From: Pseudoalteromonas translucida KMM 520
GTDB taxonomy: Bacteria; Pseudomonadota; Gammaproteobacteria; Enterobacterales; Alteromonadaceae
Assembly: GCF_001465295.1 (NCBI RefSeq)
Contig: NZ_CP011034.1
Span: 1,680,001 to 1,712,000 of the forward strand
Direction: 5' to 3'
DNA length: 32,000 nt
Every line of letters begins with the position of its first letter. Position 1 is the first letter of the stretch. A model generated the notes under the pieces. It searched no databases and was not told the origin of the DNA. It worked only from the letters and a program-made list of their open reading frames with translations. Shown here piece by piece: positions 9,302 to 15,740 of this stretch. A program made the position numbers and the translations under genes.

Positions 9302-9351
9302 GACTAAACTGGCATTTGAACTAAATTCAGGATTTTGGAAAATGGATAAAT

Positions 9352-10395
9352 ATGAGTAACAATAAAACTGCTTTAAAAGTATCTGATAAAAGCATAGAAG
9401 AAGGAATTGCACAGGGTAACTTCAAAGAAGATGGAATCCTAATTCGTGATGTATCAAATGGACAAGTTGTAAAGGTGCTGAAGCAGAAAGAAGAAAGTTT
9501 GAACCACATCCCTTCAACCTTCATTCAGGTGCACCATAATTATATATATCAGGCCGACCTTTCTCCTATCCTTGAAGCTATTTCACATGAGAGAGAGTCA
9601 AGCCTATACAACGAATTAGAAGAACAATATAACTTAGTGTTAGATTATTTGGATTCTTTTAATACTTATGATACTGGAATTGAAAAAGTTCATCAGATCT
9701 GTCTTGAAATTTCAGTGTCATTTGATAATAAGATAAGGAGAGAGATTGAAGCTTTAGATATTGATGAGCTTGAAAAAATAGATACGGAAAGATTTGTTGG
9801 CTCATTAAATGCGTATGTTAAGATCCTATTCTCATATATCGTCAGTACCTACATCCTTCATAGGGATAAGTTCTCAAAAGATAAAGTAATTATATCTAAA
9901 ATTCTTAGTTTTGAAGGGGCTGTTAGATCACTCTATGAACAGGTTCTTGCTAAATCTAGCAAACAAAAGAACAAGGATGGGGAATTAATAAATATTATAC
10001 CCATGGAGGAGTCTCTGTACAGCATGTACTTGTTTGATGATAATTATGACCTCCATGACCTCGATCGACTAGTCTCGTATGATTCAAGGTTCTCAACATC
10101 ACTTCAAGTGATTAATTTCTTCAAAAAACACTTAAAAAATGGCAGCTTTCAGGGGGAAGGCTACGGCTATAGGGATAATGACGATGAATTAAAAATATCC
10201 ATTAGGTCTAAAAGGATATCAAAAGAAAGCAATAGAAATAAGATGGCTATCGTTCTTTTAAGAATACTAGAAGATATTGAGAAGTTGAAGGAAATCAGAG
10301 AAGAGGTAGTAAGCTTAAAAAATCTTTCAAATGAAGATGTATTGCAGAATTTCAGTGCTACGTCAGCTAACAAGAAAAATCAGTCGGACGCGTAA
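9352..10395 (+). CDS. hypothetical protein (347 aa, no domain recognised, predicted mostly helical, K/E-rich)
   Basis: Long ORF in a very AT-rich cassette, co-directional with and about 60 nt upstream of the ATPase gene. No recognisable motif. Confidence 0.7.
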   Translation: MSNNKTALKVSDKSIEEGIAQGNFKEDGILIRDVSNGQVVKVLKQKEESLNHIPSTFIQVHHNYIYQADLSPILEAISHERESSLYNELEEQYNLVLDYLDSFNTYDTGIEKVHQICLEISVSFDNKIRREIEALDIDELEKIDTERFVGSLNAYVKILFSYIVSTYILHRDKFSKDKVIISKILSFEGAVRSLYEQVLAKSSKQKNKDGELINIIPMEESLYSMYLFDDNYDLHDLDRLVSYDSRFSTSLQVINFFKKHLKNGSFQGEGYGYRDNDDELKISIRSKRISKESNRNKMAIVLLRILEDIEKLKEIREEVVSLKNLSNEDVLQNFSATSANKKNQSDA

Positions 10396-10421
10396 ACGCG
10401 CCGCTGTTTTTGGCGTTAGCA
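10391..10421 (+). other. possible vestigial attC / cassette junction (GGCGTTAGCA)
   Basis: cgTAAACGCGCCgctgtttttGGCGTTAGCa. The 3' part is identical to the ends of the array's attC 3' arms. GTTAGCA (10415-10421) is the exact complement of R'' TGCTAAC (12737-12743). Confidence 0.35.
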
Positions 10422-10456
10422 CTACAATGAATATTCATCAATTAACTGGAGAAGTT

Positions 10457-11779
10457 ATGATAAAGGAATTCTTTATTACAGAACTCTATGAAGAGAGAAA
10501 TGTAAGAATAAAATTCGACGATCCATATAAAATATTAGTAGCTGAGAATGGTTACGGTAAAACAACCATTTTAAACTCTTTTTATGCATTATTATCTGGT
10601 GAAATTTCGAAGCTAAGAAAAATTTCTTTTGAAACAGTAGGCATAGTGTTTAGCGATGGAGAGACTATATGCTTCAAAAAATCAGAGTTTGATGCTGATC
10701 TGGCTTTAATTCGGGAGCACCCTCTGTTTGAGCATATTGAATCAAGGTTTGGGCAGGAGTTCATTTTACAACTAATTGATGATGTTAGGCGTTTCCCAAG
10801 CCATAGAATGGAAATGTCACCTGTATTTAGGAGAGTGGTTGATGAACTTGACTTGCCAGCTAGGGTTTTAAAGGATAGCTTACGAGAAATTCGCCCAAAA
10901 GGCTTCAATAGAAAAAAAGTAAAGTCATCAACACAAAATAAATTAGAAAGTATTGCTAATAAAGTGAATTTGAAGACTTTATACCTTCCTACATATCGAA
11001 GAGTCGAAGAAGATATTAGAGCTTTTAATAGTTCCGGGAAGGGCACTTTAGATGAACATAGTTCAATCAATTTTGGGATGCGTGATGTTCAGCTGAGTAT
11101 TGAAAAAATAACCTCTGAAATTTTAAGTTCATCAGTTGAATGGTTTTCGAAAATAAATGGAGAAATGCTGAGTCAGTTAGTAAGTGGATTCTTAGTCACT
11201 CCTGAAATGAAGACTTCAATTTCTGATCCCAAAGCAGTTGAAATTGTGCTTGAGCGTATTGGTAAGCATATTTCTGAACCTCAGAAAAAACAAATATTAG
11301 ATTTAGTTGAGACAGGAAAAATTCAGAATGATCATGATCCTCTAATATATTTTGTAAGTAACCTTTTAAAGGTATATGAGCAACAGCAAGAAAACGATGA
11401 AGCGATTCAAAAATTCACAAATGTATGTAATAGGTATCTAGTAGATAAAGAAATTATTTACGATGAAAGTAATGTGACTATTGATATTGTTAGAAAAAAG
11501 AATAATAGAACGGTTGATATTGAAAGTTTGTCCTCTGGTGAAAAGCAAATTATTTCATTGTTTGCATTGTTGTATCTTCAAAAGAAAGAAAACCTAGCTA
11601 TTTTCTTTGATGAGCCTGAATTATCCCTATCTATGGAGTGGCAAAAGACTCTGCTACCTGACATTGTTAATTCTGGAAAATGTAAATTTCTTTTTTCAAC
11701 TACTCACTCTCCTTTTATTTTTGAAAATGAACTTGAAGATCATACTGTTGATTTGTTTGAGTACATTGAGGAATTGTAA
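10457..11779 (+). CDS. ABC/SMC-type AAA ATPase (AAA_15/AAA_21-like; PARIS AriA-like)
   Basis: Start at ATG 10457 with GGAG 5 nt upstream (track ORF 10331 extension rejected). Walker A AENGYGKTT, Q-loop-like LPTYRR, signature LSSGEKQ, Walker B IFFDEPELSLS, H-loop TTHSP. Confidence 0.85.
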   Translation: MIKEFFITELYEERNVRIKFDDPYKILVAENGYGKTTILNSFYALLSGEISKLRKISFETVGIVFSDGETICFKKSEFDADLALIREHPLFEHIESRFGQEFILQLIDDVRRFPSHRMEMSPVFRRVVDELDLPARVLKDSLREIRPKGFNRKKVKSSTQNKLESIANKVNLKTLYLPTYRRVEEDIRAFNSSGKGTLDEHSSINFGMRDVQLSIEKITSEILSSSVEWFSKINGEMLSQLVSGFLVTPEMKTSISDPKAVEIVLERIGKHISEPQKKQILDLVETGKIQNDHDPLIYFVSNLLKVYEQQQENDEAIQKFTNVCNRYLVDKEIIYDESNVTIDIVRKKNNRTVDIESLSSGEKQIISLFALLYLQKKENLAIFFDEPELSLSMEWQKTLLPDIVNSGKCKFLFSTTHSPFIFENELEDHTVDLFEYIEEL

Positions 11780-12726
11780 TGTCTAGAGTTGATGTGCTTA
11801 AAAAATCTAGGGATTCCATTTCAGTAAAGTTTTTAGAGTTTACTAGAATTGTCTCGAAAGGGGCTAATAAGGTAGCTGTATTTTTTGAGGGTGAAGACGA
11901 GAAATATTTTTCAGTAAGAATTAACAACATACGTCCGGACATACAATGGTCGGGCGTTAATTCTAAAGGGAAGTCAAATGTAATAAAGTTAAGAAATAAA
12001 ATACGGAAACACTCTACTTATCAGAATGCTTCGTGCTTATTCTTTGTAGATAGTGATTTTGATTGTAACTCCGATATAAATGGTTTTAATGATATATATA
12101 TAACGCCATGCTATTCAATCGAAAATCTCTTTTTGTCAAGCGCAACTTTTGAAAGAGTGATGACAGCTGAATTCGGTTTATCTGATGTTTCAGAAGAGCA
12201 TAAATGCTACCAAAGAGCTTTAGAGGTATATGACACGACCAAAGAGAGTTATCTACAAGTGATTAAGGAATTTAATTACCTTATTAGAGAATTAAGGAAT
12301 ATGGAAAAAAATGGGGCATTGAGTAGCAGACTTAATATTAATAATTTGAATATTAGTGACTTAATATCAGTGAATTTAGGGAGTGTTTCTAAAGAATACG
12401 ATGAAAGTAAACCAATAACTCTATTTCCAGAACTTCCTGAAAATCTCCAAGTTTCACTTCAAAGCTCTGTTGAGCACTTTAATGATCTCTGTTTTGAGCA
12501 ATGGTTTAGAGGGAAGCAACATTTGGAATTCCTTAGAGTCTTCTTAGGAAGAATTAAAGAAGATAGATGTAAGAAAAAAGACAGAACGATATTTCATGCT
12601 AAAGTCAATGTAAAATTGAGTTTAACTAAGGCAAATTGTATTTCAGAATTGAGTCAGTATGCAGATACACCGACTTGTTTAAAAGAGTTCTTAGAAAGAC
12701 AAATACTAGATAAATCAGTGGCCTAA
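11779..12726 (+). CDS. DUF4435 / OLD-type TOPRIM-like protein (PARIS AriB-like putative nuclease effector)
   Basis: Start overlaps the ATPase stop (TAATG). Motifs VFFEGEDEKYF, FFVDSDFD and CYSIENLF match my recollection of DUF4435 conserved blocks (EG-x-x-D, D-x-D, IEN). Confidence 0.75.
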   Translation: MSRVDVLKKSRDSISVKFLEFTRIVSKGANKVAVFFEGEDEKYFSVRINNIRPDIQWSGVNSKGKSNVIKLRNKIRKHSTYQNASCLFFVDSDFDCNSDINGFNDIYITPCYSIENLFLSSATFERVMTAEFGLSDVSEEHKCYQRALEVYDTTKESYLQVIKEFNYLIRELRNMEKNGALSSRLNINNLNISDLISVNLGSVSKEYDESKPITLFPELPENLQVSLQSSVEHFNDLCFEQWFRGKQHLEFLRVFLGRIKEDRCKKKDRTIFHAKVNVKLSLTKANCISELSQYADTPTCLKEFLERQILDKSVA

Positions 12727-12736
12727 TAAACAGTAG

Positions 12737-12762
12737 TGCTAACAACACGCCCTGAGGTGGAC
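12737..12762 (+). other. attC 5' arm of the ATPase/DUF4435 cassette (R'' TGCTAAC)
   Basis: TGCTAACAACACGCCCTGAGGTGGAC, 11 nt after the DUF4435 stop. Interrupted at the same nucleotide as attC 1. Confidence 0.7.
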
Positions 12763-13292
12763 AGCAAGCACTAAAGTTCACTTTCCACCGCAAATTTTAA
12801 CAGCGGTGATCCCTTACTTTTCAATGCGATTAAGTAAGTTGATTCATCGTAGGGCGTATGTGTTTTCCAGCACCTAAATAGTATTCTTATCCACTTAAAT
12901 GCTAATGATCTGATGATGGTATTATGGGGTTTTCCTTTGGCCTCTTGCTGCCGATAATATGCTTTTGCCCAAAATGAATAACGCACAGATAATCCTGCCC
13001 ATTCAACAAATGTTTGCCTTAAAAATTTAGTGCACGAATATCGCCAGTGTATCCATTCCTTCTTGCCACTGCGCTCGGTAACAGGGGCAATGCCTGCGTA
13101 TTTTTGTATGTCAGCAGCGCACTTATAACGGTCACGATTTGACCCCATAGCGGCTAATAACCGAGGCGCTAATTGTGGTCCTGCACCTGGTAAACTATCA
13201 AAAATAGCGCGATCTGAATGTTGCTTATAAAGCGTTTTAATTTCGTCATCAAATCGGGTTATTGCCTGCATTAGATGTTTGAGTTGAGGAAC
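12763..13292 (-). mobile_element. truncated copy of IS variant A (3' ~530 bp only)
   Basis: Essentially identical to 7686-8215 (I saw one substitution, N->D). Homology ends at GAGGAAC, where an attC-arm sequence begins. Confidence 0.85.
12771..13271 (-). pseudogene. IS110-family transposase fragment (C-terminal 166 aa)
   Basis: The ORF product equals the C-terminus of the 422-aa transposase. The N-terminal 256 codons are absent. Confidence 0.9.
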
Positions 13293-13311
13293 AACACGCC
13301 CTGAGGTGGAC
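13290..13311 (+). other. second attC 5'-arm copy (AACAACACGCCCTGAGGTGGAC) fused to the truncated IS
   Basis: The exact arm sequence reappears. The AAC at 13290-13292 is shared between IS-A sequence and the attC R'' box. Confidence 0.6.
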
Positions 13312-13990
13312 GACTAGTAAAATTTAGCTATTAATTGCAAATTTTAAAAGTGGTGAGCCTCTGCGTTTTAATGCAGCTAAATACGTCGATTCATCGTAGG
13401 GTGTATTCGTTTTCCAACACCTAAATACAATCCTTATCCATTTAAATGCCAGTGATCTAATAATGCTGCTATGCGGCTTACCCTTGGCTTTTTGTTGCTC
13501 ATAATACGCTTTAGCCCAAAATGAATAACGAATAGAAAAGCCTGCCCATTCTACAAATGTTTGCCTTAAAAAAGTGGGGCAACTATAACGCCAATGCGTC
13601 CACATCTTTTGACCACTGCGCTCAATAACAGGCGCTATACCAGCGTACTTTTGAAGTTCTGCAGCATCATTGTAACGCGCACGATTGCTCCCAAAAGCAA
13701 CAAGTAAACGTGGGGCGAGTTGTGGACCTGCACCGGGTAAGCTATCAAATATCTTTTTATCTTGCTGGGCTTTATAAGCCGATTTTATTGCTTTATCGAG
13801 CTTTTCAATACCTTTTAATAACACTTTAAACTGCGTAATAAGCACTTCAACGAGCATTTGATTAGGCACAATGACTCCTTCATCCAGAGTTAATGGCATC
13901 GCATTTTTAATACTGTCTAGTCGTGCATTATTGACCGTGCAATAGTGTGAGTTATGACTCTCGAAAAAGTCGAGTAAAAGTTGGCCATCG
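13312..13990 (-). mobile_element. 5'-truncated IS110-family element, variant B
   Basis: Diverged homologue of variant A, with clearly related protein but many substitutions. It starts at the same attC position but with different terminal bases (GACTAGTAA). Confidence 0.8.
13324..13986 (-). pseudogene. IS110-family transposase fragment (variant B, C-terminal ~200 aa)
   Basis: Track ORF 13324-13899 plus upstream homology without a start. The N-terminal catalytic domain is missing. Confidence 0.85.
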
Positions 13991-14003
13991 CTACGCGATT
14001 ATA

Positions 14004-14035
14004 GCCAACCATTTTTATCCGCTTAGCAAGGCGTT
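14004..14035 (+). other. attC 3' arm (…CCAACCATTTTTATCCGCTTAGCAAGGCGTT)
   Basis: Aligns with 9265-9297. Ends in the GTT that is duplicated by the MITE insertion. Confidence 0.6.
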
Positions 14036-14181
14036 GAGGCTGTAGAATTACTCTTTTTTAAGAAAAACAGCCTGTTTTATGGGTTCCAAATGCATTACCT
14101 AATGCTCTAAAAACGCTTAGAATTAATTGTAGGAGCTCGTTTTTTAATAGATTTTGGCTGTTGGAGTTATTCTACAGCCTC
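14036..14181. mobile_element. 146-bp MITE-like element with 18-bp terminal inverted repeats inserted in the attC core
   Basis: TIRs GAGGCTGTAGAATTACTC (14036-14053) and GAGTTATTCTACAGCCTC (14164-14181) match 17/18. Flanked by direct GTT (14033-14035 and 14182-14184). Removing it restores CTTAGCAAGGCGTTAGCTG, as at 9285-9302. Confidence 0.6.
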
Positions 14182-14252
14182 GTTAGCTGGCTTTTGATAT
14201 TAGTCACACCTCAAAGTAAGTTGTATTTAATTAATATAGAAAGGACTCAGAA

Positions 14253-14672
14253 ATGAAAAAATGGATTATCGTACTGCTAATAAGTTTTAGCTTTATTTCA
14301 ATTCAGTTTGCAAATGCCACTAGTGGAAGAACAAACTCATCAGGCTGTCACAATAGTAAAAAAGTTGGCTATCATTGCCATGGGACACCTAAAACATCAA
14401 GTTATAAGCCTAAAAGTACGACTTATACATCAAAAAGTAAAACTACAACTAGCTACTCCTCAGCAAGTAAAAAAATTAATGAAATAGATAGCCTTGTTCA
14501 AGGTATTCAAATTCAACTTAATGTGCTCGGTTATAAAGTAGGAAAAGCTGATGGTATTCTGGGTAAAAACACAATATCAGCCATTAAAAAGTTTCAAGCC
14601 AATAGTCATCTCTTGGTTGATGGCAAGCCAACAACGGACTTGTTGGTAAAATTAGTCTTAGCCAATAGTTAA
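14253..14672 (+). CDS. secreted YHYH-motif / peptidoglycan-binding (PG_binding_1) domain protein, integron cassette
   Basis: Signal peptide MKKWIIVLLISFSFISIQFANA, GCHNSKKVGYHCH motif, S/T/K-rich linker, and C-terminal LGYKVGKADGILGKNTISAIKKFQ PG-binding repeat. AGGA RBS. Confidence 0.8.
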   Translation: MKKWIIVLLISFSFISIQFANATSGRTNSSGCHNSKKVGYHCHGTPKTSSYKPKSTTYTSKSKTTTSYSSASKKINEIDSLVQGIQIQLNVLGYKVGKADGILGKNTISAIKKFQANSHLLVDGKPTTDLLVKLVLANS

Positions 14673-15136
14673 GTGTAATCAGCCAACTAATCGGGTAGCC
14701 GGAGGTCTCTAACCTCCAGCCCCCACACCACCCATCATGCGGGTCCGCAATGTGCGGTTCATCTCCCGTGACGAATACCGATCCAAATATCTCTCAATGA
14801 CACTAAACCTTGTGACGCTAAATAGTCATTACCTAGCGCAATGTTAATTCTTTTTTTTTTTGAGCTTCTACAAGGGCCTTTACTGGTGATACCACAGGCT
14901 ATGGCGAGCCGTTCGCTAACACCTAGTTTTATTAAACTGCGTATTAGTGCGTGGTTTACGCTATTGCCGCCAGTAGCACATTCATATCCTACGGCGGATC
15001 CAATGATCTAAATCCACCGTTAGCTGATAAGTATTGGCTACTAGATAATAGTGTCGTATCAGCTAGTTCGTCTTTAGCCTACGCTTGATATGATATTCCC
15101 ATCGACAACTGATGCGCATCACGCTACACTTATTAC

Positions 15137-15416
15137 ATGATTAAATCTTTTAAGCACAAAGGCCTTAAAAAAATACTTCCAAACTGGCAGCGTCTCCGGT
15201 ATTCAGGCAAAGCATGAACGTAAATTACGTATGCAACTTGCCGCAATAGATACCGCACAAGAAATTGATGATATCAATTTACCAGGCTTTAAGTTACATC
15301 CATTAAAAGGGAATCGTGACGGAGTTTGGTCTATTACTGTAAATGGTAATTGGCGTATTACTTTCGAGTTTATCGATGGTAATGCTTATATTTTGAACTA
15401 TGAGGACTATCACTAA
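15137..15416 (+). pseudogene. higB: HigB-family (RelE/ParE superfamily) toxin, +1 frameshift in an A7 run
   Basis: ATG 15137 reads MIKSFKHKGLKK, then stops early. Deleting one A of the run 15167-15173 restores ...KKYFQTGSVSGIQAKHERKLRMQL... continuous with track ORF 15231-15416. Total length is 280 nt, i.e. 3n+1. Confidence 0.8.
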
Positions 15417-15712
15417 TGAGTATGCATCATAATCCACCACATCCTGGGGAGTTTATCTATGACGTTTATTTGGAGCCTTCTGGCTTTAGCTGCCGTTATT
15501 TAGCTAAACAGTTGGATGTTGCATCGTCGACTTTAAATAGAGTTCTAAAAGGTCAAAGCGCTATCTCACCTGAAATGGCACTTCGCTTATCTAAAGCAAT
15601 TGGCAGAACTCCTGAGAGTTGGCTATCAATGCAAGATAACTACGATCTCTGGCATGCTAAACAGAAAATAAATTTAACCAATGTCCACTGTGTAAATTTT
15701 GCAGGGGCATAA
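15416..15712 (+). CDS. higA: HigA-family antitoxin (XRE HTH)
   Basis: 98 aa. PHPGEFI... and HTH LAKQLDVASSTLNRVLKGQSAISPEMALRLSKAIG typical of HigA/VapI. Start overlaps the higB stop (TAATG). Confidence 0.85.
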   Translation: MSMHHNPPHPGEFIYDVYLEPSGFSCRYLAKQLDVASSTLNRVLKGQSAISPEMALRLSKAIGRTPESWLSMQDNYDLWHAKQKINLTNVHCVNFAGA

Positions 15713-15716
15713 AAAT

Positions 15717-15740
15717 ATAGCAATACGCCCTGAGGTGGAC
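15717..15740 (+). other. degenerate attC 5' arm (ATAGCAATACGCCCTGAGGTGGAC)
   Basis: Matches the arm consensus except two substitutions, one of which destroys the AAC of R''. Followed by an IS end. Confidence 0.6.

Noticed and set aside
9327-9524. ORF 9327-9524(-), plus 10167-10373(-), 10582-11070(-) and 11715-11942(-), antisense to the cassette genes
   Set aside because: AT-rich antisense frames within the longer, motif-bearing or co-directional cassette ORFs. Their orientation is opposite to cassette transcription from the attI side.
10331-10456. N-terminal extension of the ATPase ORF (track start 10331) overlapping ORF1
   Set aside because: - The extension is R/K-rich nonsense that overlaps the ORF1 3' end and runs through the attC-like spacer.
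- ATG 10457 has a good GGAG RBS and gives the usual short lead-in to the Walker A motif.
12771-13899. Track ORFs 12771-13271 and 13324-13899 as functional small transposase genes
   Set aside because: Both correspond only to the C-terminal part of the 422-aa IS110-family protein and lack the N-terminal DEDD catalytic domain. They are truncation products.
14695-14735. tRNA-like 3' fragment (GGAGG-TCTCTAA-CCTCC arm followed by AGCCCCCACACCA)
   Set aside because: - The 7-nt loop lacks the T-loop consensus (TTCRANY).
- No CCA sits in the correct register after a 7-nt acceptor strand.
- No D or anticodon arms could be drawn upstream.
7660-15740. Repeated about 23-bp sequence AACAACACGCCCTGAGGTGGAC as a possible CRISPR array
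   Set aside because: - Spacing is irregular (kilobases) and each copy follows a cassette stop codon.
- Each copy pairs with a GTTRRRY-ending 3' arm next to an IntI gene.
- These are attC arms, not CRISPR repeats, and there are no cas genes.
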